Assembly: GCA_964394855.1 (NCBI GenBank)
Contig: CAYMZD010000003.1
Coordinates: 22,607 to 86,606, forward strand
Source: an uncultured Gammaproteobacteria bacterium
GTDB lineage: Bacteria > Patescibacteriota > Microgenomatia > Daviesbacterales > UBA10151
Direction of reading: 5' to 3'
DNA: 64,000 bases
Positions 25,498 through 35,532 of this stretch are shown here, in pieces (the stretch's first letter is position 1; every line of letters begins with the position of its first letter). Under the pieces are notes generated by a model. It searched no databases and was not told where the DNA came from. It saw nothing but the letters and a program-made list of their open reading frames with translations. A program made the translations under genes and the position numbers.

Positions 25498-26799
25498 TTA
25501 AATTTTCTCCTTTAAATAGTTTATTAATTGGTTGATGGAAACTCTTTCTTGTTTAGTGCTGTCTCTTTCACGTACTGTCACAGTTTCATCTTCCAAAGAC
25601 TTAAAATCCACTGTCACACAAAAAGGGGTACCTATTTCATCCTGACTGGCATAGCGACCCCCAATATTACCCCTTTCATCCCAGGCTACCATGAATTCTT
25701 TTTTTAAGTCAAGACAGATTTTTCTAGCCAAATCCACTAAATCCGGTTTATTGGCTAAAAGTGGAAAAACAGCCACTTTGTAAGGAGCAAGTTTGGGGTG
25801 AAGCTTTAAAATAACCCTGCTATTTTCTTCGCAATAAGCATCAATCAGGAAAAATAAAGCTGCTCTATCCACACCTCCTGATGTTTCAATCACCCAGGGA
25901 AGATATTCTTCCCCTGTTTCCAAATCTTTATATTTCATATTTTGACCAGAATACTCCTGGTGTCTTAATAAATCCCAATCGCCGCGGTGATGTATCCCCT
26001 CAAACTCTTTCCATCCGAAGGGGGAATCGTACTCTATATCTGTAGCAGCACGAGCATAGTGAGCTCTTTCACCCTCCTCATGATCCCTAAAACGCATTTT
26101 ATCTTTATTTATACCTAAACTGATATACCAATCCAAACGGGCCTCCTTCCAATACTCAAACCACTTTTTCCCTTCAGACTCTTTTGGTTCAATATAGTAT
26201 TGCACTTCCATTTGCTCAAACTCCCTAGAACGGAAAGTAAAATTGCCCGGAGTGATTTCATTTCTAAAAGCTTTGCCCACTTGAGCTATTCCAAAGGGCA
26301 ATTTCACCCGAGATGAATCTATCACCTGCCTAAAATTAACATGTACCCCTTGAGTAATTTCACCCCGAAGATAAATTTCAGATTGTTTTCCCTCAACAAC
26401 ACCAAGGTATGTTTTAACAAGTAAATTAAACTTTTGAGTATCTGTCCAATCTGATTTTCCACCATGAGATACTTCATGTTCTTTAATCACATCCTCTTGA
26501 TCAGCTCGGACTCTCTCATGACAGATTTTGCACTCAATTAAAGGATCTGTGAAAGCTTCTACATGGCCGGAGGCTTCCCAAACTTTCGGATTCATCATAA
26601 TGGCAGCATCTATCCCCACCATGTCCTCACGGCGCTGCACCATATCTTTCCACCACTCCTGCTTAATATTTCTTTTTAACTCAACTCCAAGGGGACCATA
26701 ATCCCAAGTTCCTGCCAAACCTCCATAAATTTCCGAGCCGGGATAAATAAATCCCCGCCTTTTACAAAGCGCGACTACTTTATCCATTAGATCTGTCAT
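25498..26799 (-). CDS. glyQS: Glycine--tRNA ligase, alpha2 type
   Basis: CKRRGF, EIYGG, DYGPLG, WEASGH, GKAFRNEI, REFEQME, QDEIGTP. Confidence 0.96.
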   Translation of the reverse strand: MTDLMDKVVALCKRRGFIYPGSEIYGGLAGTWDYGPLGVELKRNIKQEWWKDMVQRREDMVGIDAAIMMNPKVWEASGHVEAFTDPLIECKICHERVRADQEDVIKEHEVSHGGKSDWTDTQKFNLLVKTYLGVVEGKQSEIYLRGEITQGVHVNFRQVIDSSRVKLPFGIAQVGKAFRNEITPGNFTFRSREFEQMEVQYYIEPKESEGKKWFEYWKEARLDWYISLGINKDKMRFRDHEEGERAHYARAATDIEYDSPFGWKEFEGIHHRGDWDLLRHQEYSGQNMKYKDLETGEEYLPWVIETSGGVDRAALFFLIDAYCEENSRVILKLHPKLAPYKVAVFPLLANKPDLVDLARKICLDLKKEFMVAWDERGNIGGRYASQDEIGTPFCVTVDFKSLEDETVTVRERDSTKQERVSINQLINYLKEKI

Positions 26800-27434
26800 A
26801 TCTTTTTCAAGAACAGTCTGCTTTTTAACTTGCCTTCAATCACTCTTTCTATAGTGTAACGTAATGTGTTTTCCAATTCCAGAGCCTGTTTTTCATTTAT
26901 CTTAATTTTCTCAATCTCATCCCAATTTAGTATTTCCAAATTAGCCAATAACCTAAACGATCGTTGATGATATTGGTTATTTTGTGGCTGGAAACTGATA
27001 AATCCCAAATAACTTAAAATTTTGGCCTCATATGCTCTGATTAAAATTTGGCGGGGGTTTCTGGATAATCTTTGCAGGACATTTATCAAATGTTCATACA
27101 AAATCTTGTTTTCCTGATTTTCCGCGGTTAATTTATCAGTTAGTTCTAAAATATGATATGCATAAGTGGAAAGAGTTAAGTCTTCTTTTAAGTTTTGGAA
27201 TGTATCCAAAGATTGAGCTTCTGTTAATATTAAAAAATTCTTGCCTGGATGAAGATACATCTGGACCCGATTTAGAAGTTCCACATTGCCGGAGCGCCGA
27301 GAGGTAATTCGCCGTACTCCTTTAGCCAAAACAGAAATTTTTCCCCGATGGAGTGAAAATATGGTAAGTATCCTATCTGCCTCCCCCAAATCCCTCCTCT
27401 TTAAAATTACCCCTTCTGTCTTAAACCCTAACAT
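26796..27434 (-). CDS. recO: DNA repair protein RecO
   Basis: N-terminal OB fold EGVILK..LGEADRILTIFS..GKI...AKGVR. Confidence 0.9.
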   Translation of the reverse strand: MLGFKTEGVILKRRDLGEADRILTIFSLHRGKISVLAKGVRRITSRRSGNVELLNRVQMYLHPGKNFLILTEAQSLDTFQNLKEDLTLSTYAYHILELTDKLTAENQENKILYEHLINVLQRLSRNPRQILIRAYEAKILSYLGFISFQPQNNQYHQRSFRLLANLEILNWDEIEKIKINEKQALELENTLRYTIERVIEGKLKSRLFLKKI

Positions 27435-27442
27435 GAGGCTTA

Positions 27443-29281
27443 TTATAGTTCAAATTTGAATTCTTTATCTTGATCCAATTTAAATTTGGCTTTTTGGGAG
27501 CCGTTAATTTTAATAGTGTATTCAAAATCTTTGGCTCCGGGCTGTTTTTGGACCAATAACTTATATTCACCCTTAGGATTATACGGCACAGTGTATTCTA
27601 TCTCTAACTTTCTTGAATTTTGTGGCCTGACAGTCACAAAGGCCTCAAAAACTCCTTTTCCAAGCTGTTCAATGGTATTGATACCATCTTCCGAGCCTTT
27701 GGAGGAAATTAGCTTACTCCCCTTAGGTACAAAAAAGCGGACATAATCCCTGTTGATACCATTTAACCATACCCCAAAGGGTTGGGAATTTTTATATTCA
27801 ATGATAACCTTCTTTCTCACTTCCGAACCTTTAACACTAATCTCCTGGGTGACTTTTTGCTCAACATAGAGATTAGACTTGCCCCCAGCAAAATTAGCAT
27901 CATTGATGTGAAGGTAATCACCATCAAAATCTTTTATTTCTCCTATCCAATTAAGCTTTGCTAAAGAGTTTTGAGTCCTCCTGTCGTGTATGTAAAACAT
28001 CACATGCTTGTGATTGGCCAACCTAATGATTGTCTCCAGGGCTTGAGGAACTTTCTCCGTATCAGCTCCCACCAGTTTGGCCAAAATTTGAGACATTAAA
28101 ACACCTAAAATGGCCTTTCTATCTTGCGTTCCTTTAGCAGCCACCTCTGCATATGATTCCAGTTCATAAATAACATTAGGACAATTGCATCTTGGGTCTA
28201 ACTTTGCAGAGTAGGGAGTGCCAAAAATATCAACTTCGCCAGTCACTTCAATTAACTCTTCTACCACTTGAGAATCAATATAAATGATGCCATCAAAAGG
28301 GGTGCCTTGTCCCAAAAGTAGATACATTCTCTCAAATTCTTGGGCAGCAGTGGGTAGATCTGGAGAAATATTGGAATCTCTCATACTCCAAGCAGAGCGG
28401 GGTTTACCAGATACTTCAGGCAGATATTTGACAATTGGTGGAGGCGGGGTTAAAGGACAGATTTTGGATTCACAAGTGGCTAATAAACGTTCATCCAAAC
28501 GATAGATATCATCAGAGGTAGTAGTTGTCACTTGACCTCTGTCAACTTTTAAGAAGGCATAGGCCGTGATAAAACCGCCTGTGGGTCTAATCTCTTTATC
28601 ATTTTGAAAAAGTAAGAGGTAGTTTTTAGGACTCTGTTGTCCCAGGGCAGTAGGTGTCACCTCTAGGGCATCTTTGGCGTCTGTGACAGCAGCGTGAGTT
28701 CCTACCATAAAGTTCTTGGCTGTTTGGACAACTTGTTTGACATTTATTCCTCTAAATTGCGACGGATATTTATCTACATCTATTTTTTCCACTTTTTCCC
28801 GGGCTTTTTTTAAGTTAGGCTCCACTTTAGTAAAAGAAGGTAGTGATTTTTCTAAAACCTTTAAGCTTTGCGAGATTCTATCCGGACCAGTAATAGGTTT
28901 TCCCAAAAACCCCAATTCTTCCTCATGTGGTTTTAAATCAGCTAGAATTTTTTCCACTGCCTCAAGATCGTCTATCCCTGCAGAGGTCAGTGATTTAATA
29001 TCCCCATAATATCCTCCCACCACCGGAATAATTTTCATCCATAAAAGAAGATTTAAGGATACATCAACTCGGGTGAGTGCATCATGTGTCTCTTTGACTT
29101 GAGCTTGAATTTGTCCAAAATTCTGCTGCTGGTAAGCAGAAGCTATGGCTTTAGCTTTGACTCCTAAATCCTTCATTCCATCCACAATAACTTTAAAAGG
29201 AATGCCAACAATGAGGACTAAAATTACAAAAAAAATAATTAATCGAGTTAAAGGCCGTTTTTTATTTAAATTTTTCAGCAT
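27443..29281 (-). CDS. DUF4012-family membrane-anchored protein
   Basis: TM plus helical stalk, then YLLLFQN..EIRPTGGF, RDSN.SPD, DGII, RK, N..GGKSN and QKQPG. Confidence 0.85.
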   Translation of the reverse strand: MLKNLNKKRPLTRLIIFFVILVLIVGIPFKVIVDGMKDLGVKAKAIASAYQQQNFGQIQAQVKETHDALTRVDVSLNLLLWMKIIPVVGGYYGDIKSLTSAGIDDLEAVEKILADLKPHEEELGFLGKPITGPDRISQSLKVLEKSLPSFTKVEPNLKKAREKVEKIDVDKYPSQFRGINVKQVVQTAKNFMVGTHAAVTDAKDALEVTPTALGQQSPKNYLLLFQNDKEIRPTGGFITAYAFLKVDRGQVTTTTSDDIYRLDERLLATCESKICPLTPPPPIVKYLPEVSGKPRSAWSMRDSNISPDLPTAAQEFERMYLLLGQGTPFDGIIYIDSQVVEELIEVTGEVDIFGTPYSAKLDPRCNCPNVIYELESYAEVAAKGTQDRKAILGVLMSQILAKLVGADTEKVPQALETIIRLANHKHVMFYIHDRRTQNSLAKLNWIGEIKDFDGDYLHINDANFAGGKSNLYVEQKVTQEISVKGSEVRKKVIIEYKNSQPFGVWLNGINRDYVRFFVPKGSKLISSKGSEDGINTIEQLGKGVFEAFVTVRPQNSRKLEIEYTVPYNPKGEYKLLVQKQPGAKDFEYTIKINGSQKAKFKLDQDKEFKFEL

Positions 29282-29916
29282 TAAATTGCTCCTTTTCCCG
29301 AAAGAACCGCCGGGATAGTTTTAAGGATGATCCACAAATCAAAAATAATTGAGCGTTTTTGTATATATTTAGCATCCATCTGAACTCTTTTATCAAAATT
29401 TATTTCTGAACGACCGGATACTTGCCAAAGCCCAGTTAATCCTGGTTTACCAGATAAGATAATCTTAACATACTCGCGGGAGTTAGGATGTTTAATTTGT
29501 TGCTCTTCCAACTCAAAAGGATAATATGCTCTGGGGCCAACTATACTCATCTCGCCCCTTAGGATATTAATCAGTTGGGGGAGCTCATCCAAAGAGGTTT
29601 TGCGGATAAATTTCCCCACTCTGGTAATTCTGGGATCCTCATCAATAGGCAATTTATAACTATTTTGTTTATATTTTTTAAGTAAGTCTGGATTATTGTT
29701 AAGTATCTCCTGGGCACCAATAATCATTGATCTAAATTTATACATTTTGAAAAGTTTCCCGCTTTTTCCCACTCTCATGGGTGTATCAGCTAAAATTGGA
29801 CCCTTTGAATCTAGCTTTATAGCCAAGGTCACAAATAGTAAAAAAGGGGATAAAATAATGAGCCCTAAACTTGAGCCCATAAAATCTATTAACCTTTTAG
29901 CAAAATTGTAGACCAT
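29281..29916 (-). CDS. Priming phosphoglycosyltransferase (Bac_transf, WcaJ/PglC-like)
   Basis: KRLIDF, KFRSM, DPRIT, SLDELPQ, GPRA, PGLTGLWQVSGRS. Start moved to 29916. Confidence 0.93.
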   Translation of the reverse strand: MVYNFAKRLIDFMGSSLGLIILSPFLLFVTLAIKLDSKGPILADTPMRVGKSGKLFKMYKFRSMIIGAQEILNNNPDLLKKYKQNSYKLPIDEDPRITRVGKFIRKTSLDELPQLINILRGEMSIVGPRAYYPFELEEQQIKHPNSREYVKIILSGKPGLTGLWQVSGRSEINFDKRVQMDAKYIQKRSIIFDLWIILKTIPAVLSGKGAI

Positions 29917-29923
29917 AAGTCTT

Positions 29924-30937
29924 TTAAGTGTACAACAAAGAGTCAATGGTTTGTCTAAAATTTTTAATAAATTTATTCTTACTAAAATTTGTGGCATTTT
30001 CCAGACAATCATTGGGGTTTATTTTAATAGCATGCAACCCCAAAAGAGCCTTTTCCAAACCTTCAACAGTCTGTTCATCAAAAAATGTGCCTGTTTTAAG
30101 CTCAACTACTGTTTCCAATGCACCTCCTTTTTTATAAGCTACCACAGGTTTACCCAGAGCTTGAGCTTCCAAACTGGTTAATCCAAAATCCTCTATCCCT
30201 GGCATGATGAGGGCTCTGCACCCAGCTAAAATATTAACTACCATCTCATCACTCAATCCTCCTGCAATCATTTTAAAGGGAACTCCCATTTTTTTTAAGG
30301 CTTGAGTTGCCAAATCAAATCTTTTATATTTATTTGGCCTGCCTATCATGACAAAATAACCACCATCAAATGTTTCCACACCTTTAAATCTTTCCAGATC
30401 TATAAACGGATAAACCACTTTTGATTCCGTTCCGTAGACCCGCTTGATGCGCCTTCTCGCATTATCTGAACCAGCAATAAAAAAATCTACCCTTTTTGCG
30501 CAAACTTGATCATACAGTCTTAAGTTAGTCATCAAAGCTTCTCCTAAACCATAATTTCCATATCCTGAAAAATGCCACAAAAATCTGGGAGGGGTATGAC
30601 AATAACAAATATGAATTGTCCCGGGTTTGGTAATAATACACTTGGTAAATCTGGTGGTGTGGGAAATTACTAAATCAAACATACTAAAATCAAACTGTTC
30701 AAAAGCAATTGGATAAAAGGGTAACATCATTTTATATAAAGCCTTCCATCCTGGAATTTTTTGTAGAAAAGATGTTATTATTTTTTTCTTGCCAAATCTT
30801 TTTTTAAGCTCCGTATGGTTTTCATCATAAACAGAAGTATAAATCGGCGCATCAGGATAAATCTCACAAAGTCCCTCAAGGACTCTTTCTGCTCCTCCCC
30901 ATTGCACCAAATCATCATGAACAATGGCTACCCGCAT
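29924..30937 (-). CDS. GT4 glycosyltransferase (WbaZ-like)
   Basis: AIVHD.L..GGAERV, YCHTPPR, EDFGLTSLEAQA.G.PV. Confidence 0.9.
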   Translation of the reverse strand: MRVAIVHDDLVQWGGAERVLEGLCEIYPDAPIYTSVYDENHTELKKRFGKKKIITSFLQKIPGWKALYKMMLPFYPIAFEQFDFSMFDLVISHTTRFTKCIITKPGTIHICYCHTPPRFLWHFSGYGNYGLGEALMTNLRLYDQVCAKRVDFFIAGSDNARRRIKRVYGTESKVVYPFIDLERFKGVETFDGGYFVMIGRPNKYKRFDLATQALKKMGVPFKMIAGGLSDEMVVNILAGCRALIMPGIEDFGLTSLEAQALGKPVVAYKKGGALETVVELKTGTFFDEQTVEGLEKALLGLHAIKINPNDCLENATNFSKNKFIKNFRQTIDSLLYT

Positions 30938-32025
30938 TTATGGTATACCTCCAGTGTTTGCTTTGCTAATTTTTGCCAACTAAAATCTTTATATCTTTTT
31001 AATCCCTTCTTTACTAGCTCTAATCTTCTCTCCTCACTATTTAAGACTTGAAAAAATTTTTCCACCATATCATTTATGTCATGAGGATTAAAATAAATGC
31101 ATGCGTCCCCTCCCACTTCCGGTAAACTACCTGCATTTGAGGAAACAACAGGACAACCAAGCGCCATAGCCTCTAAAATTGGAATACCAAAACCCTCCTC
31201 AAAACTGGGCATCACAAACATAAGCGCATTTTTGTAGAGAGAAACTAATTCTTCATCTGTTACATATCCTTTATAAATAATGTCCGGATTTTGATATTCT
31301 TTTCTAATTCTTTGCCAGAAATAATGATCATGACCAGCTAAAACCAATTTTAAATTTGGATAATCTTTCTTGATCCTTAAAAATGCTTTGATTAACCCTT
31401 CCACATTTTTATGAGGATGAGCATTTCCCACATAAAAAATATAAGGGTTTCCTACCAAATTTCCATGTTTCATTTTTGACACGGCCGTGACAATATTGTT
31501 ATCAACTGCTTCATAAGTTACAATTATTTTTTGACTATTAACTCTCCACTCATCCATTAACTGTTTTTTGACAAACTGTGAGGGAGCTATAATCTTTTCT
31601 GAATTTTTGACAGCCCGCTCAAAAACTTTTTTGTAACTAAATTGTTTTAGTTTATGAATAACATGACTATGGGTAGTGGCCCGCTGCATGGAAAAATGTT
31701 GATGAATAAGATCATGAATTGTCACCATAAATTTACCCCCATAAAAAATGGGTACATTAAAATGGGGAAAATGTACTATATCTGGTTTAATCCGATTTAA
31801 TATCCGCGGTAATCTAATCTGTTCCTTAACCCCATACCAGCGAAAATCAGCCAAAATCTTTTGGAAATTATTATTTAACACCAGTCTATCATAATCAATT
31901 TTTAAAAGAAGGATAAAATATTCGTTTTGTTTATCTAATTTCTGCAAACTATCAATCAAGTTCCTGATATATCTTCCCAACCCTGCTTCATGATACATTC
32001 TGCCGTCTATGACAATTTTCATCAT
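30928..32025 (-). CDS. GT4 glycosyltransferase
   Basis: IDGR..GLGRY, TIHDL, HKN, EGFGIPILEAM. Confidence 0.92.
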   Translation of the reverse strand: MMKIVIDGRMYHEAGLGRYIRNLIDSLQKLDKQNEYFILLLKIDYDRLVLNNNFQKILADFRWYGVKEQIRLPRILNRIKPDIVHFPHFNVPIFYGGKFMVTIHDLIHQHFSMQRATTHSHVIHKLKQFSYKKVFERAVKNSEKIIAPSQFVKKQLMDEWRVNSQKIIVTYEAVDNNIVTAVSKMKHGNLVGNPYIFYVGNAHPHKNVEGLIKAFLRIKKDYPNLKLVLAGHDHYFWQRIRKEYQNPDIIYKGYVTDEELVSLYKNALMFVMPSFEEGFGIPILEAMALGCPVVSSNAGSLPEVGGDACIYFNPHDINDMVEKFFQVLNSEERRLELVKKGLKRYKDFSWQKLAKQTLEVYHKCG

Positions 32026-32027
32026 GA

Positions 32028-32915
32028 TTAAACAGTGTTGCTCCTCCTCGCTAGCCACCATTTTAAGTTAATTCCCCAATATACCAACCAATTAATCAAA
32101 AACGGATATTTCTCCTCCAGATGTTTTTTATAAAAAATTTTCATAGTTTGATAAAAAGAATTTAAAGCCTGTTTTTGTGAGATTTCAGAAGCAGTGGCAA
32201 TTTTTTGAGAATGTTTTTTAATACCAGATGTCACTCCTTTGTAATGAATAATTTTGACATCTGGCACGTACATTATTTTATAACCTGCAGTTTTAATGCG
32301 AAAACACAAGTCCAGGTCTTCGCCGTAAAGAAAATAATCTTCATCAAATAAACCAACTTTACGAAGGACATCTTTTCTGGTCATAAAAAAAGCTCCAGAT
32401 ATAGCATCTACCTCATGAGGTTTTGTCATATCTCTATCTTTTAAATGATATAAACTGTCAATCTTCAAAACAAAGTATAAAAATGAGGCCCAAGGAGTGG
32501 GAAAACCTCTATGGGAAGCAAGGTCCATTAAACCATCAGCTTTTTCCACCCTACAAGACGCGCCGCCCACATCTGGATTTTGTTCCAGATATGAAACCAT
32601 GTACGGTAAGGTTCCTGGTAAAACTTTGCTGTCCGGATTAAGCAGTAAAATATATTTTGTGGTAACTTTCTTTAAGACTAAATTATTAGCCCTACCAAAT
32701 CCCAAATTTTCTTTATTTTTTAAATAGTTTATTTTGGGAAATTTAATTTTTGCTTTTTGTAAACTGCCGTCCACTGATGCATTATCTATAACCCAGGTAT
32801 CAAAATTTAGCTCATCTTCAACATTTTCCAGGGACTGAAGACATTGTAATAAATAGTCCCCCCCGTTAAAATTAACAATAATAATAGATAAGTTATTTTT
32901 TGCCAAGTTGCTCAT
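32028..32915 (-). CDS. GT2 glycosyltransferase (WbbL/rhamnosyltransferase-like)
   Basis: SIIIVNFN, DNAS.D, LLNPD, FDEDYFLYGEDLD. Confidence 0.9.
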   Translation of the reverse strand: MSNLAKNNLSIIIVNFNGGDYLLQCLQSLENVEDELNFDTWVIDNASVDGSLQKAKIKFPKINYLKNKENLGFGRANNLVLKKVTTKYILLLNPDSKVLPGTLPYMVSYLEQNPDVGGASCRVEKADGLMDLASHRGFPTPWASFLYFVLKIDSLYHLKDRDMTKPHEVDAISGAFFMTRKDVLRKVGLFDEDYFLYGEDLDLCFRIKTAGYKIMYVPDVKIIHYKGVTSGIKKHSQKIATASEISQKQALNSFYQTMKIFYKKHLEEKYPFLINWLVYWGINLKWWLARRSNTV

Positions 32916-34083
32916 AGATGGTGCTTAATTTGGCCGCTATCATCTCATAACTATATTTTTTCTCCACTAATTTTCTGGCATTTTTGGCAATTTGTTCATA
33001 AAACTCTCTTTGTTGTAAAATCCTCACTGTTAAATTTGCTAAATCCAAAGGACTATCTCCCACCAAAACCGATTTTCCATTTACTGCATCTATTCCCTCA
33101 ATCCCAATAGAAGTTGTCACCACTGGTAAGCTCGATGCCATGGCTCCTAAGATTTTTAAACGAGTCCCTCCTGGTCCATATAAGGGAGCAATCAGTATTC
33201 CTGCATGATGATAGGCTTTTTGTACTCCTTCAACATCATCAATTTTTAAATTATGTAAGGTAATACCTTCTCCAGCCAGGGAGGAAATTTTTTCCGTATT
33301 TTGACCGGCAATTACCAATTGTACTTGAGGTAGTTGTCGGACAATTAGGGGATAAATTTCTCTGGCTAAAATTCTGGCTGCTTCAATATTTTGTAACCAG
33401 GCATAATTACCCATAAAAAGGATGATATGATTAAAGTGTATCGCTACATTCTCCATTAAATCTTCACCCACACCATTTGGTACCACCTCAACTTTTAAGT
33501 TTTTAACTAACTTTTCCATTACCATGGCATCCCTTGGTGAAACTGCCACTACCATCTTGGCCTTGCGCCAAAAGTATGTTTCCCAAAATTTAATTTTTAA
33601 AACATCAATGTATAGAATGGGACGAAGTAGGGCTGGGCGGAAATTCTTTACATAATGTTGGTACACCTCATATTCTATGGTCTGATCTACTAAAACTACC
33701 GCAATGTTAGTTTGGGGAAGATGAGGGCTAACATAAAAAGTTTCGGCATGAATAATGTCAAAATCTTCCTCTGATAAAATTTTCTTAACTACTTCTTTTT
33801 CTTCTTGGGAAAAATTTCTAATCACCAAAAAGGGGTAAAGTGAAAAAGCAGTTTTAAATATATTTTTAATAGTCCATGGTTTTTCTGCTCTTTTAAAAAC
33901 GAAAACTTTTTGACAATATTTTTTTAGATTGTTGACATATTTTTTTTCCTCATCATGTTTTATGAGAGAACAAAGCGTAATTTGATGTTTTTTTGATAAC
34001 TGCTTGATCAAATTATAAGATCTTATTTGACCACCAGAAGATGGTGGGTAAGGAAGATACGGTGTCAGCATCAAAATTTTCAT
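32893..34083 (-). CDS. GT4 glycosyltransferase
   Basis: PYPP.SGGQIR, VVPNGV, GGTRLKIL.AMA..LPVVTT. Confidence 0.88.
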   Translation of the reverse strand: MKILMLTPYLPYPPSSGGQIRSYNLIKQLSKKHQITLCSLIKHDEEKKYVNNLKKYCQKVFVFKRAEKPWTIKNIFKTAFSLYPFLVIRNFSQEEKEVVKKILSEEDFDIIHAETFYVSPHLPQTNIAVVLVDQTIEYEVYQHYVKNFRPALLRPILYIDVLKIKFWETYFWRKAKMVVAVSPRDAMVMEKLVKNLKVEVVPNGVGEDLMENVAIHFNHIILFMGNYAWLQNIEAARILAREIYPLIVRQLPQVQLVIAGQNTEKISSLAGEGITLHNLKIDDVEGVQKAYHHAGILIAPLYGPGGTRLKILGAMASSLPVVTTSIGIEGIDAVNGKSVLVGDSPLDLANLTVRILQQREFYEQIAKNARKLVEKKYSYEMIAAKLSTIYEQLGKK

Positions 34084-34086
34084 AAT

Positions 34087-35532
34087 TTATGGCTCTGGAT
34101 CATCTTTACTAAATTCTTTTTTTATTTTTGTTAAATCAACAATTACATAATTTGGAGTTTCCTCTAAAACTGTAAAATGTCTCATGGCCCATTTGGTTTG
34201 ACCATCTTTGGCCACTGACACCAGATGAGTAACACCGAAGTTCGCTACCATCTCGGCGAAGGGGAAAGCAACCACTGGCCAACCCGGTCTATCGATTTGG
34301 TAAAGAAAAGCCGTGTCACCACTGTACGGAGCCACCACCACTGCATTTTGAGGAAGGAGTTGATCCGCCTTTTTCCCTGCCTCAATAATGGGGGGATTAT
34401 TAATTTTGTAAAGTTCCTTAACTTGGGTCCAACTAAAATAAAACATCAGAGAAAAAAATAACACTGCCGAAAAAAAAGACCAAAATCTTGATACAAAATT
34501 AGCACTGCCCTTAATTAGGTAGACAAAACCAATACTGGCAAAGACAGAGGCCACTGGAACAAATATAATCTGATAATAATCATGTCTGACATTGCCTGTG
34601 GCAAAAACCACAAAATATAAAAACATAGCCAAGGCCCAAAGATGAAGAAAAAAATTCCCATCTTTAGGTCTTATTAAAAGACCTAAAAAGAAAAGAAATG
34701 CTCCTGTGACTCCCAATATTTCTCTACCAATCCTCTCGGATATTATCCACCACCAAAAGGCTGGTCTAAAACGGATACCATCTCCATTAAGGAGCCAATT
34801 CGATGCTGGGATGCCCTCTGGAGACTGTAATATCCACAGCCTCCATAAAATAAAGGGTAGTAGTGACAGAAACAAAAAAAGCAAAAGTTTTTTAGAAATT
34901 AATTTACCATTTTTTTTGTAATATACAGCCCCTAGAGGAAGCAGGTAAAAAATAGCCCAAGGCTTTATTAAAAAAGATAAAGCAGTAAAAAATCCTGCCC
35001 ACCACAAAAACTTCCTTCCCTCCCAGATCCAACGATCCACAAAAAAGATCATGCCCAAAGCAAAGAAAACAAATGTTGGCTCTGGCAAAGTGGTTCTGGA
35101 GAAAAAGATGTTGAATGGTAAGAAAGCAAAGACCAAAGCTGCCAAATAGGCCACAGCCACTGACGCATATTTTCTGACTATCAAATATAAAAAAACTAAA
35201 CTACCCACAGAGAAAATAACAGAAACAAGACGATGAAGCCATTCTTGAACACCAAAAACAAGATATAAAGGATAAACTGCTATATTGTAAACTGGAAACT
35301 CCACAAAGCGGTATCTGGCCAGATTGGGGTAGGGAGCTTCTGCCACACCTGATGTGTCATCATATTTGGGCAAAAAAGGATTAAAACCCTCCTTAATAAA
35401 ATTTCTGGTGACGGCTGCCGTATCTGCTTGCCTCCAAGAGTGCCAATCAGCAATTGGGGAATCTATTTTATAAAGCCTGACTAAAAAGGCTAAGATGACA
35501 ATAAGTATTAACCAGGCTTTATTTATTTTCAT
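34087..35532 (-). CDS. GT-C membrane glycosyltransferase (ArnT/PMT-like)
   Basis: Multi-TM protein with HSWRQADT, EFP.YN, SR..LPE and IKP. Confidence 0.8.
   Translation of the reverse strand: MKINKAWLILIVILAFLVRLYKIDSPIADWHSWRQADTAAVTRNFIKEGFNPFLPKYDDTSGVAEAPYPNLARYRFVEFPVYNIAVYPLYLVFGVQEWLHRLVSVIFSVGSLVFLYLIVRKYASVAVAYLAALVFAFLPFNIFFSRTTLPEPTFVFFALGMIFFVDRWIWEGRKFLWWAGFFTALSFLIKPWAIFYLLPLGAVYYKKNGKLISKKLLLFLFLSLLPFILWRLWILQSPEGIPASNWLLNGDGIRFRPAFWWWIISERIGREILGVTGAFLFFLGLLIRPKDGNFFLHLWALAMFLYFVVFATGNVRHDYYQIIFVPVASVFASIGFVYLIKGSANFVSRFWSFFSAVLFFSLMFYFSWTQVKELYKINNPPIIEAGKKADQLLPQNAVVVAPYSGDTAFLYQIDRPGWPVVAFPFAEMVANFGVTHLVSVAKDGQTKWAMRHFTVLEETPNYVIVDLTKIKKEFSKDDPEP

Noticed and set aside
25498-26799. 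Divergent GlyRS motifs as a sign of UGA-to-Gly recoding (code 25)
   Set aside because: TGA ends full-length genes such as ileS, rpmA and ftsI and forms ATGA overlaps, so the standard bacterial code fits.
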